A stretch of DNA of 64,000 nt from Glaucostegus cemiculus (taxonomy: Eukaryota). The stretch spans positions 2,666,001-2,730,000 of the forward strand of contig CDPCPM010000211.1 of assembly GCA_976551045.1 (NCBI GenBank), written 5' to 3'. Below, piece by piece: positions 20,921 to 33,600 of this stretch (its first letter is position 1; the number at the start of each line of letters is the position of its first letter). The notes beneath the pieces are model-generated. The model searched no databases, had not been told where the DNA came from, and saw nothing but the letters and a program-made list of their open reading frames with translations. The position numbers and the translations under genes were made by a program.

Positions 20921-23745
20921 ATCATCGGAGGATTGTTTTTGCCACTTTGTGGCTGAGCTGAAGTTGTGTGTGACACCATTTATTACCTTCTGAAAAAGAA
21001 ATCAGAAGCTATACCGTGGCCTCGAGGAAGTAAAGAACGCATCTCCGGAGTCTCCGTGGATGACTGGATCCGCAATCAGTGCCACATCCTCCTCCACAGG
21101 CAGAGCTGAAGTGTGGAGGGGGAGAGATCGGACAGGATGGCTGTGTGCGAGGGTGACATCATGGACAGAAGGGGGAAGCAGCAGTTAGTGGCGGGGGCAG
21201 GGTTCACCCTCCGAGGTGGAGCCTCAGGATGGAGGAGGAGAGGACGAGGTAGGTGAGGAGAAGGAGTGGATTGGATGGTTGGGGAGGAACGCAATTCCTA
21301 CGCACGCACTCTCCATCCAACAGCAGATGAAATACTTTCCTGTGCCCACTCATACACACTTCCCATCTTTCACACACTCACCACCTCCATTACTAGTATG
21401 TGCGCGCACACACACAGACTTTCCATCTCTCTCCCTGTCACCCAATCACGCCAGAGCTTTCCTGCACACACCCACTCTCAGGTACTTTCTCTCTCAAACA
21501 CCCACATTCTCCATCTCACACTTCCTCTCTCTCTCACACACCAACAGTCTGTTCTGTTACACTCCGCAACTCTCACGCATGCACAGTAACCAAATAAAAT
21601 CACAATGTGACCTCACACACATGCATTCACCCTCAAACACTCCTGGGTTCCTGCAGATATATCAAAACATACACAGACTCGCATCCACACACACTTCGAT
21701 AACATACCAGCGTGTTATGACAACACACGAGCTCGAGCGCCCACACACGTACAAACACGGACACAACTGCACGAATTCGTCCACAGACTGTCCATCACAT
21801 TTCAGCCTTAGTTCCTCATTTTACATTCTGCCAGCATCGCCCGTCACACCCCTCCCTGTCACTCCTCACCTCCACCGATATTCCTGTTCCATCCAACCCC
21901 CCGCTGTCCCTCTGCGCTGCATCTCAGATCCCCATTTACCCCCTTCCCCCCACACTCCATTTCCCGAGCGCTCTCTCTCCACTACACTTCACTGTGGATA
22001 ACCCTGTACATCATCTCATCGTTCTCCATTCTCGACCAGTCCCATAACCAGCGTTCCCGCTATCACTCTCCCACGTTTGTCCTTTCTCCCTCCGCCCAAT
22101 TTCCCTCCACCCACTATCACTCCCACTGACCCCAAGCACCAGTCCCACTGGACCAGCATTACTGGGGACAGGAAGCGACAGAATGGTATTGACGTCTTCA
22201 CCCACATTAGTCAGCGGAGTGGTCGCAGAGTTGGTCTCAACTCTGCAGCCCGACATTTGCAGTTGGACCCGTGAGCAGGTGGGAATCAGGCTGCATGGCT
22301 TCCATCGATAGACTCGGCGACCAGGAGTCTGGTCTAAAGTGGCAGACGATCGTGGAGGGTCAGTCTGTCCGGGTTTTAGGGGCCGGGATACTGAGCTCAG
22401 AGTTCGGGATTGCTTTCAGTTCCTGAATATTATTTAATTGTAAAACTGATATTTTTAACTGATATTGCATTGTGTGTGCTTAATAAATCTGCAACTGCTT
22501 GACTGCAACACACTCGAGAGATCTGATCGTTTTTAGAGATCCTGTAATGCAAATTGTGCAAACAAAAGTGTGAGTTTGATACTGAGAACGGTGCGGGTCG
22601 GACGGGGCAAAACCGAGACAAGAAGTCATGATGCGAAGGAAAATGAGTAATTGGACAGATCATTCGGATTCTTTGGACTGATGACCGGCTGTGTGTGGCC
22701 GGGTGCTGGGTAACAATAATTGTTTTATTATGACCTGGATCCCAGACAATTGATCAGCCAATCAGAGTCCAAACCTCAACAAGGCAGCTCAGGAACTATT
22801 TTATTCAAACACCCCTCGATTTTAAAACCATTCCATTGAAATGGTGGGTTGTTATAAAATGTTCATTGTGTCAATGAAGACCCACAGTGGAGGAACTTTG
22901 CACACGCTGACACCCGTCCCGGGATGTCCCGAGCCCCGTAGAAATGGTGGGTCCCTAACGTTTCTCTCCTCCCACCAACTGGCCTCAGGCGGTGCTCACA
23001 TACGGAGCTGCGTGTTACTGCCGCAGTGCTGTGGGTGACACGGGAGCAGTGAGCTGTAAGGAAATCCTGAAATGCGCTGAGGAGGAAAAGGTGGAAGTAG
23101 AGGCAATTGAGGCTGTGGTAAGCAACTAGGTCGGCGTATGAATATGCAAATAGTGGAGGGATATCGACGTCTGGACAAAGGGGACTAGTTTCTTTTCACG
23201 TTTAACGCAAGAGTAATTAATTTGGCACAACATCTTGGGCCGAGGGGCCGGCTCCCGCGCTGTACTGTTCCCTGTTCCATCTGGAAATCCGTGAACAGGA
23301 TGTCAGAGTGAGACGGGGGGAGGGTGACATGGATCAGTGTTTGGAAGGTTGAAGTCGGAATGCAGCAAGTTACCGGGATAAAGTCACTGATTAATATTTT
23401 GAATTATATAAAATTCATGAGAACGGCTTCAGTATTCTCAGCGACAGTAAACTCAGATGACATTTCTCTACTGCACCTGTTAGGGCAGCAGCTAGAGTAG
23501 GAGAACTTTCACCACAGGGCCGTGGGTTCGAGCTCTGCGCTGGGCGGCAACTCGTAAACTGTTTGCCCGTTTCACTGAGCGAACCCAGATCTAAAATGCC
23601 GGAGAGTTCAACGGGAGGTCTGACATGATAACCATCGAATATATGAAGATGTGTCAAGCACTGCGGCAGTAACACGGAGCTCTTTGTGTGAGAAGCACCT
23701 GAGGCCACCTGTGAACCCCCAGGTACCCTCACAACTGTCGTGGGT

Positions 23746-23817
23746 TCCTCGTTAGTGCAGTGGTCAGTATCCTCGCCTGTCACGGTGGAGACCGCGGTTC
23801 AATTCCCTGACGGGGAG
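23746..23817 (+). tRNA. tRNA-Asp(GTC)-derived, probably a pseudogene
   Basis: TCCTCGTTAGTGCAGTGGTCAGTATCCTCGCCTGTCACGGTGGAGACCGCGGTTCAATTCCCTGACGGGGAG matches vertebrate tRNA-Asp(GTC), but the anticodon stem (CTCGC/GGTGG) and T stem (CGCGG/CCCTG) contain mispairs. Confidence 0.85.
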
Positions 23818-24149
23818 ATATTTATTTCTGTTTCCAAAGTATCCTAATCCTGTTTTTCTCCACGGATTCTGCCTGGCCTGCGGATTTCCTTCCAGCATCA
23901 TCGTGCTTTTCAAATACAAGAGAAATTTTGGAAAAAAAAAACAAAAGTAAAATCGGCAAAGATTGTTGTTGAAGTGATCAGTTCATCGGACACCCGGAAT
24001 GTGGATCAGCCCGGTCTGCAGTGAGCCCGGCACGGGAGTGTCTCTCGAGAAGAAGGGACTTTGTGTTCAGCCTCAGGAACAGCTGAAACACTTTGCAGAG
24101 ACCGGTCCCAAGCAGAGATGCTCCCAGCTGACGGGTCCTGGGTCTAAAG

Positions 24150-25180
24150 CCGCCCTCTCCCTCCCCCAGCCCCGGACCCTTCGCTCAGACTCTGATCAAA
24201 GTGTCTGGCTGGGCTTCGCTCAGGCGGACAGCAGTGCATGCGCCGCGTGGTCCCGCCCCCGGTCCTGATTGACTGCGGACGGCAGAGCACATGCGCCGTG
24301 GGCTGCTGCTCCGCCTGTGAGCGCCATTCCCTCAGCGAGCGGTGGGAGCGGGTTAAAAGCAGCCGGGAATGGAGAGCTCCCGGGCCCGGGGGCATGGCGC
24401 TGACAGCAGCCTCCTTCCAGCAGCGCATCGCTCTGGGAGCGGCTCCGCAGATGGGCTCAGGGACCGGCACTTGAGTCCGGACCCGGGGCTGTGGAGGTGG
24501 CGGCTGGTGGGAAGAGGCGGAGTGGAGCAGAGACTGGGCACGTAGCATGGAGTGAGTGGGGAGGGAGAGGCCGTTCCCGGGCTGGGGATGGGCAGGGTGG
24601 GGGGAAGCAGCTGCGGGTGACGGTCACTGCTGCTTCCTCTCCCCAGACCACGCGGGACAGTCCCCGGTTCGGTTCCAGTCTCCCCTTGTGCGTTATTGGA
24701 CAGTGAGCAGTGGACAGGGCCGGACACTCAGGGTGGGGGCAGTTTTTCAAAGAGCGTCTGTTGCAGGTTCCGGGTGAGAAGTGTGGGGGACACAGTTGAA
24801 ACAGCGTCTGTTTGCCTCCGGTTGAGCGGCGAGTCCGCTGGGAGAGGTGAGTGGTGATGCTCGCTGTGTAAATCTCCCTGCTCCATGGGCAATCCCATTC
24901 CCGGATCCTTGCCGGGATGTGGCGGTGTGTGTGTGTCCCTCACTTGGTGCGGAGCTGCCGCACTCTTCTGGTCGGCAGAAGCTGAGAGCTGCAGCCCTGC
25001 AGCGGCCTCACACACTGGCACTGGCTGCACCGGCCGCTTCACACAGCCGCCTGCCTTTTACCTCCCCCTCACTGATCCCGTTTCCTTTTCCTTCCCACAG
25101 GGAGAGTCTTCAATCAACTCTGATGTTCCCTCCTCCCGAGGCACAAGGAACAGATCGGCCGCTCCGTCTCTCACACACCA
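24150..25180. promoter_or_regulatory. CpG-island-like promoter region
   Basis: Locally high GC and CpG content; GC box CCGCCCC (approx. 24254), NRF1-like GCATGCGC/ACATGCGC (approx. 24236, 24289); downstream donor and acceptor sites. Confidence 0.5.
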
Positions 25181-25319
25181 GGTACGTTACACAGCACAGA
25201 GACACCGACAGCTCATCAGTCCCACAGTGTCATACAGCAGAGACATTCAGTCCCACACTGAGCCCAAGGCCCAGGCACACATTTCCAATACAACAGGTAA
25301 ACAGCAGGACTGAACAGGG

Positions 25320-28300
25320 TCCCTTAAAGATCACCACAATCATCTGTATGTGGAATCATAGCATATGGGTGAGGTCCTGAACACGTTTCTCATCTGTATT
25401 TACTGTGGAAATGGTCATGAATGGCAGGAAACTCGGGACGGAGATGTCTCGAAGAGCGACCACATGATAATAGAGGAGGTGCTGGAGGTTTTAAAATGCA
25501 GAAAGGTAGATGAAGCCCTGAGGCCTGATCAAGTGTCTCCTGGGACAGTGTAGGAAGGTCGGGAAGACATCGTGTGGAACCTTGTGGAGATACTTGTATC
25601 ACCGCTAGCCACGGGTGAGGGGCCGGAAGACTGGAGGGCAGCTCATGTTGTGCTGTCATTTAAGAAGGGCTGCAAGGAAAAGCCTGGGAGCTACAGGCTG
25701 GTGGGGCGAACGTCAGTGGTGGGACAGTTATTGGAGGGGGTTCTGAGAGGCAGGATCCACCTGCACTGGGAAAGGCAGGAACTGAGTATGGATAGTCAGC
25801 ACGGCTGTCTGTTGGAAAGTGAGTCCCTTGAATTTGGTCGAGTTCTTTCTTCGAAGAGGCAACCAATAAGATAGATGGGGGAAGAGCGGTAGATGTTGTT
25901 TATGTGGCCTTCGGCAAGGCACTTGACAAGGTCCCGCATGGTTGGCTGGTCTGGAAAGTTCAATCACATGGGTTCCTGGGCAAGCTGGTCGAATGGAACC
26001 ATATTGGTTAATGGAGGGTTGTTTTTCAGCCTGGAGGCCTGTGACCAGAGGTGAGCACAAGGATCGTACTGGGTCTGCTGTTTGTATGATAATCATTTAT
26101 ATGAAAGATTTGTATGAGATGCAGGTGGCATGATCAGTGAGTTTGCAGAGGATGCTCAACTGGGTGGGATAGTGGACAGTGAAGAAATTTATCCAAGATT
26201 ACAAAGGGATCTTGATCAACTCAGTCAGTGGTCCGAGGAAGGGTAGATAAATGGGAGATTTTGCATCTTGGTAAGACAAACCAGTGCAGGACTGACACAG
26301 TAACTGGTCGAGCCCTGGAAGTGGTGCAGAACGGAGAGACCCCGGGGTGCAGGTACCTCAGTTATTAGAGGGGCAACACAGGTAGACAGGGTAGTGAAGA
26401 AGGTGTTTCACATGCTTGCTGTCATCAGTCAGAATATCGGGCACTGGAGCTGGGGCATCATGTTCCAGCTGTACACGCCATTGCGAAAGCTGCCTGTGGA
26501 GCACTGCGTACAGTTCTGGGTGTCCTGCTGTCATACGGAGGTCATTCAACTGGAGGGGGTGCTCAAGAGGTTTGAGGATGTTCCTGGAACTGGGGTGTTG
26601 GGTGATAACGAGAGGCAGGACAGGCAAAGATTTATTTCCCTGGAGTGTACGGACCTCACAGAGGTTTATAAAACCATGAGTCAGGTGAACAGCCATTGTC
26701 CCTTCCCCTGGGGAGGAGGGTCCAATACCAGAGGAACAGGTTTGAAGTAAGAGAGGAAAGATTTAAAAGGGACCCAGGGGTAAAGTTATCACACAGAACG
26801 TGGTGCGTATATGGACCGAGCAGCCAGAAGAGATGGGACAGGCGGGTACGGTTCCAGCATTTAAAGGCATTTGGACAGTTCAATGGAAAGGAAAGGTTTC
26901 CAGGGATGTGGACCAAATGCAGGCAAATGGGAACAGTTCAGGAAGGCCCCATGGTTGACATCGACCAGTTGGGCCGAAGGGCCTGTTTTTGTGCTGTATA
27001 GCTCTGTGACTCTAAGGCTGCTGGTGTTCCAGAGCTGGGGGCCAGTGTCAGCAGTGAGAAGGTTGAAGAGAGGGTTTGGGGGTGTAGACAGGATCAGTGA
27101 ATGGGTGAGGACGGGGCAGATGGAACAGAATGTGGGGAAATGTGAGATCATCCACTCCCGGAGGAAACATGGAAAAGGAGAGAACGTTTCCCATGGGGAC
27201 AGAGTGAAATATTCCGATGGACCTGGGTGTCCTTGTCAACAAACCACTGGAATTGACCATGCAGGGAAAGCGGGGAATTAAGGAGGCCGACAAGATTTTA
27301 TCCTGTGATGCAGGAGAATTGGAGAGCAGGAGTGGAGATGTCTCACTGGGATTATATCGGGCCCTGGTGAGAGCGCACCTTGAACACTGTGTCCAGGTCT
27401 GGTCACACTGCCTCAGGAAGGATCTACCTGCAACAGAGGGAGTGCAGCGACTGTTCCCCACACTGACTGGACTGGTTCCAGGGAGGGCAGGTCCCCTGTG
27501 TGAGGGAACAGGGTGTGGGCTGGGCCTGAATTTTCTGGGATTAAGGAGAAGAAGGGGAGGTCCAGTGGAGACTTGCTGAATTGTTGGAGGGTGTGACAGG
27601 CCGGATACAGGCAGGGTGTTTCTGCTGTCTGAGGGGTCTGTGGTGAAGGGTCACAGGACGAGGGGTTGGACCTTCAAGGGCAAAGTCCAGAATCTGCTTC
27701 CTTCATCAGAGGAGGGTTCACCTTGATATTCTTGGCCTGTGGACGGTGGAGACCCAGGTTTCAGTGTGTTCAGGGCTGAGACTGACAGATTCTGGGAGAT
27801 ATTTAGTCATCCAGGCAGTCGCTGTACCTGTGGGTAGTGCAGGAAGGTGGTGCTGAGGTCGAAGACCAGCTGTGAACTCACTGACCGGTGGAGCAGACAA
27901 GAGGGGCTGAATGAGAACATTGGGAACAGGGGCAGGATGAGTGGGAGAAAGGGGCGGATCAGAGGGAAGAAACATTGTTCAGCACCTATACACACAGAGA
28001 ACCCAGCGGCCCTGATAAACACGTCCCGGGCTGTTCAGAGCAGCATGAGTGGAAATAGCAGAGACCCTGCCCGTCATTTCCCAGCCCTCTCTGGCTACAG
28101 GTAGGGAGCCGGAGGACGGGAAGGCTGCTGACGTGGTGTCGGTGGTTACAGAGGGAGAGAGGGACAGACTGAGTAATTACAGGCCGGTCACCCTCATAGC
28201 AGTGCTGGGGGAATTACTGGTGGGTATTCTGAGGGACAGCAAGGATTACCACTAGGAACGGCACAGGATTGTTTTCTTGGATTGCGAGTGGGTCTGCCCA

Positions 28301-28545
28301 TGGAATACAGAGGGTGGTGGTCGATGGGGCTTATTCTGTTGGGAGGTCCGTGACTTGGCTGGAACTGTGCATAGGTGGGTTAGTAAGTTCGCAGACGATA
28401 CAAGGATTGGTGGTGTTGTGGATAGTGCCAGATTTCCAGAGGATACAGTGGGATATAGAGAAGTTGCATATGTGGGCGAATAATCAGCAGATGACTTTTA
28501 ATGCAGCCTGTTATGAAGTAGCTTACTACTGGTGAATGTCCCTTT
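25320..28545 (+). mobile_element. Array of decayed CR1 ORF2 fragments (approx. 25320-27010, 27050-27900, 28000-28545)
   Basis: PEDWRAAHVVLSFKKGCKEKPGSYRLV, LVRAHLEHCVQVWS and VSKFADDTRIGGVVDS motifs. Confidence 0.85.
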
Positions 28546-28691
28546 NNNNNNNNNNNNNNNNNNNNNNNNNNNNNNNNNNNNNNNNNNNNNNNNNNNNNNN
28601 NNNNNNNNNNNNNNNNNNNNNNNNNNNNNNNNNNNNNNNNNNNNNNNNNNNNNNNNNNNNNNNNNNNNNNNNNNNNNNNNNNNNNNNNNNN
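28546..28691. other. Assembly gap (N run)
   Basis: Run of N. Confidence 1.
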
Positions 28692-30309
28692 AGAAGATAA
28701 GTATATGATGAGGTCATTGAGATAGAGAGATGGACAGAGAGAGAAGGGAGGCACGGCAGCCTGTTTTGTTTCTGTCGATGGATGAAGGACAGTAACTGTG
28801 TTTGTCACTACAATCCACGGATAGATTTCTGGAGTAGTCCAATGGAGTCCACTTTGTTGTTAAGCCTGTAGAAGGAAATGGGTATTTTGGTGTGGATGAC
28901 CACAATTTGGATGCTTTTCAGAGTGGCAGATGCTTCGGAACAAAGTGATGGAATTTGCCTTGCTGCTGACCTGTAGAAGAACACAGGTATTTGCATGGAC
29001 AGTCACGATCCAGGAGATTTCGAGGTGAGAAAGTCACTACAGAGCAAACACTGAAGTGCCGTTTGGGTTCCAAGTGGAACAATCAGGTTTCGTGATTCCT
29101 CTCTAAGCTCTCTTTATATCTATGTTTTGTCTTCGGTGGACGGTGCTTGTGAAGAAGCCTTTACACTTGTTTTATCTTACAGCTTGTTGAACTGAACTTT
29201 AAGAACTAATTCCTGGACTTGGAGTTTAGGAATTTGCGACACACACACACGACGAGTAGTTTTGGGGTTACTGTTTAAGATTCTAATCTTTTTTGGACTA
29301 ATATACTAACTTATTTTCTTTATATTATGTATTATCGGGAGTAGCTATTAATAAAGTAGTTATAACACTGAATTATGACGGTGTGTTTCCTTTGTTGCTG
29401 CTTTCGTAACAAAATTGGGGGCTCATCCGGGATATTCCCAGGTTATTGAGTGTTCCAATCCAAAGATTGACGAGGGTGGTTTGAACTCAAACTCAAGGCT
29501 GGTACTGGAGGTCTGAGATTGAACACATTGAGGTCGGTCTGATANNNNNNNNNNNNNNNNNNNNNNNNNNNNNNNNNNNNNNNNNNNNNNNNNNNNNNNN
29601 NNNNNNNNNNNNNNNNNNNNNNNNNNNNNNNNNNNNNNNNNNNNNNNNNNNNNNNNNNNNNNNNNNNNNNNNNNNNNNNNNNNNNNNNNNNGATGCATTT
29701 TCGGAGTCACCAACCCTAGAGGGATTGCAGGTGGTAAAACAGGATGAGTTGGTAGAAATTTCTACAAACCTTAAAGCAGTAAAACGATTTATGACGAAAA
29801 CAGTTATTTATCACATGATAGTTGACTATTCCTTGGAGAATGAAGCGTTTGAGGTGAGTGAGGTAGCCGCGTTTGCTGAGATTAAACCGGTGATTTCTGA
29901 TGTGACTTCTCAACCTGTGGCAGTGGAGGAGGAAGAGTTTTCTGGGAGTGAGTTACAGCTTCCTGATGGCTGGGTGCAGTTAGCAACGATAAAGTTAGAA
30001 CAGAGGAAACTAGAGTTCGAGGAGGGAGCCGGAATGGGAACGGGAATGATTAAAATCTGAGGCTGGGGCAGAGCAAAGGAAACTAGAGGTTGAACAGGAA
30101 CGGATGAAGTTTGAAGCTGAACTGAGGAGGATGGAGCTGGAGAGTGAAGAGAGGGAGAAACAGAGGAAGCACGAGTTAAGAATGAAGAGACAGAGTCTGG
30201 AATCTGATTCTGATAATGAGTTTTCAGCCAGTAGCGAGGTTCCATTGGTCCCTCCTTTTGATGAAGATCAGGTTGATCGGTATTTACAACATTTTGAAAA
30301 AGTTGCTAC
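28692..30309 (+). mobile_element. Gypsy (Gmr1-like) LTR retrotransposon 5' fragment: LTR ending ...GTAACA at 29411, PBS, partial gag
   Basis: PBS TGGGGGCTCATCCGGGAT at 29416-29433 (1 mismatch to the tRNA-Pro PBS); gag peptide ...HELRMKRQ...EVPLVPPFDEDQVDRYLQHFEKVAT. Confidence 0.75.
29545..29691. other. Assembly gap (N run)
   Basis: Run of N. Confidence 1.
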
Positions 30310-30600
30310 TGTCATCCCGAAATCGATTACCACTTCTGTCCGTTGTAAGAAACACAGTGCCACGAGGTCTGCTCGAAAGGTACCTTTATTTTCTTTCGCG
30401 GTACTGCTAGGAAAGTCCCATTAGCACTCACACAGAGTCGCTTCCCAAGGTATCTCCCCGAGCAATGGGTAGACAGAAATTTATACAGGTTTTCTCACGC
30501 AAACCCCATGCATCCGGCGCCGCGAGTTTCGGGCAAACTATACAAATGTTAAAGTAGCTATTACACTCGTGTCCTGGTATAATTGGATTGCAATCAAGAG
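30310..30600 (-). mobile_element. LTR (R/U5) fragment of another element, truncating the Gypsy gag
   Basis: Begins TGT on the plus strand; minus-strand TATAAA (approx. 30480) upstream of AATAAA (approx. 30385). Confidence 0.5.
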
Positions 30601-33600
30601 ATTGCAGTTAATGGCAGCACCCTGAGCAGTGTTGGTGCACAGAGGGATCCTGGGTCCAAGTCCATTGATCCCTGAGAGCGGCTGCACGGGTTGATCGGGT
30701 GGGGAAGAAGATGTATGGCATGTGCTGCCTTCATTGGTCGAGGCACTGAGTTCCAGAGTCAGGGATTAATGTTGCAGATTTATAAAGCTCCGGTTAGGCA
30801 ACATCTGGGGCATTGTTTACAGTTCTGCTCTACCCCGTACAGGAAGGCTGTGGAAGCTTTGGAGGGGGGGGGAACAGTTTGACCAGGGCGCTGCCTGGAT
30901 GAAAGAGTGTGGGCTACATTTGTAAATTGGTTTACTGTTGTCACAATATTATTGTCACATGTCCTGAGGTCCAGTGAACAAACAGCAGGGGCTGAGGGGA
31001 GATCTTGCAGAAGTTTTAAGATGATGAGGTGCAGAGACAGGGTAGACAGCCAGTTGATTTTCCCCAGGGCCAAAGTGTCTAATACCAGAGGGCGTGTGTT
31101 TAAGACGAGGGGGTAAGTTTAAAGGAGAAGCGCAGGACTAGTTTTTTCAAACAGGGAGTGGTGGGTGCCTGGAATGTGCAGCGTGGTGTGTGGGTGGGGG
31201 CGGATACGATACAGGCATTTAAGAGGGTCTTGGATAGGGACATGAATGGATGGATATGTACATCGTGTAGGCAGAAGGGAGTATTTTACTTAGGCATTTA
31301 ATTATGTTTAATTACGTCAGTACAACATTGTGGGCTGAAGGTTCTGTCCTGTGCTGCACAGTTCCATGTTTTATGGGCACAGAATTATTCTCGAGGACAG
31401 TCAGCAGCACTTTGAGATGGGAAGATTGGAACCACTTTGGTGATTGTTCAGGAGAGTTGATGAGGAGAATGTACATGATGTGGTCCACATGGATGTCAGC
31501 GAGGTGTTGGACAAATCCCACAGAGAAGGTCGATCCCATGGGATCCAAGGCAAAGTGACAAGTTGAATGCCAAGCTGTGTGAGTGACAGGAAGTTAGGGG
31601 AACAGTTGACAAGGGCGTCAGTGCCTGAAGGCTGCCTGCAGTGGGACTCCCTGGGTCCAGGGACAGGGCCCGTGCGTTTGAGGGGAAGGGACAACTCGGC
31701 AGTCAGTGGGAGGAGCTGATGCAGGAGTTTGCTGATGTTACAATCATTGGCCGTGTGGCTGACAGTGAGGAAGGAAGCTGAGGGCTGCAGGAAGATATCA
31801 GTGGGCTGGGCAGGTGGGCAGACAGGTGGCAAATGGAATTTAATCCGGGAAGTTGAGGTGATGCAGATGGGGAGCCAAAACATGGCTGGGGGACACACAG
31901 TATATTGAGGGGGGAGAAGTATGAAGGGGCAGAAGGACCCTGTGGAGCATGTGGACAGGTCCCTGAAGGCAGGGGGACAGGAGGTTAGTGGGTTAAGGAG
32001 GCGGATGGGAGACTTGCCTTTATTGGCTGAAGGCACAGAATGGCAGAGCAGGGAGCTCTGCTGGAAATGTAGAAACACAAGTTGGGCCACAGCTGTAGCG
32101 CTGTGTCCAGTCTTGGTCACCACCCCATAAGGGCACACAGACACACCGACATCCGGTTTAGGAGCAGAAGTACGCATTCATCCCCTCCCGCCTGTTCTGT
32201 CATGTAATGAGCTCACGGCTGGTCTGAGTTTAACATCAATTTCCTGGTTCCTGTCTGCACACAGTAACATCTCACCCCCCTCCTTATAACATAGCTCAAC
32301 GCCGCTCCCTTAGAAATGTTCAAAGACCCTGCCCACAATACACTCTGGGGAAACGAATTGCAAATTCTCAAACACATCTGAAACAAACCATATTTGCAAA
32401 AAAAAACCCATAATCTTTAAAAAAAACATCGTAAGTTATCCTTCACTGAAATAAGAGACCGCTTACAAAAAAACAGCAGTCTCCATTCCCACATTCTCCC
32501 ACACGTTGAACCATCCTCTCCCCACTTGGCCTGTCATGACCCCTCATGACCTTTGTCTGATTCAATCGTCCCCTCTCCCTCTTCTAAGCTGCAGCAGATA
32601 CAAGCCCAGACTATCCAACCTTTCCTCGGCAGACAACAGGCCCAGTGTCGGTGTTGCTCCAGTAAACTCTCTCTGAACTGCTCTCAATACATTAACACCC
32701 TTCCTTAAATAATGAGCCCAACACTGTACAAGTGGCCTCCCCATTGTCCTACATTAACATTAACCTGACCACATTTGTACTTAGTTACCCCATTAATAAA
32801 AGATCAGCTCTCCTCATTACCTGCTGTAGCTGCAAACACCCCAGTAACAGGCCCTTCAGCTCACACTGCCTGTGCCGACAATGATGACAGTTCAGACTGC
32901 ACTTCTGCCAGCACCTGGTCTGTGTCCCTCCACCCACTCTCTGTTCATGGGAGGTCTAAATGACTCCTCAATGTTTCCGCATTGAATCTGCTTCCACCAC
33001 CTCCACTGGCCGCATGTTCCAGGCACCGAAACCTCCCTGTGTAAAATAAAACTTTCCTCATTCATCTACTTCAAACTCCCCCTCTCATCTTAAGTCTATG
33101 CCCAGTCGAGTTTGATATTTCCACCGGAGGTAAAAGACTCTACCTGTCCACACTGTGTCACTCTTAATTTTATACTTCTATCAGCTCACCCCTGTTCTTC
33201 TGGAGAAAACCATCCAAGTTTATCGAAACTTTCCTTGCAGCTGATCCTCTCTAATCACGGCAACATGTTGGTGAATATCTGCAGCACCTTTCCATCCTTC
33301 CTGTAATGTGGCAAACAAACCTGCACCAAGTTCTTCAAATGTGCTGAACCAAAGTTTTCTGCAGCTGCAACATGACTGCCTAAATTTTCTATTCTATTCG
33401 CCGACTGACGAAGGCCAGTGTACCGGACACCTGTTGTACCACCCTGTCTCCTTGCGTTGCCATTTCCAGCGAGTTATGGACTTGCGTGCCAAGATCTCAC
33501 CGTACATCAATTCTCCAAAGGGCACTGCCACTTACTGTGCACTTCCCTCAAAGATTTGACCTCCCAAAGTCCTGACAACATCCTCGTCAGTCTGGCCATG

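Noticed and set aside
21216-22001. 261-aa ORF
   Set aside because: Low-complexity CA/CT-rich sequence with H/T/S/L bias and no domain features.
22230-22290. PDICSWTREQV, resembling a SAM/PNT domain start
   Set aside because: The following conserved WL and the rest of the domain are absent; likely chance.
31401-32177. 258-aa minus-strand ORF
   Set aside because: Antisense frame of a decayed plus-strand CR1 RT.
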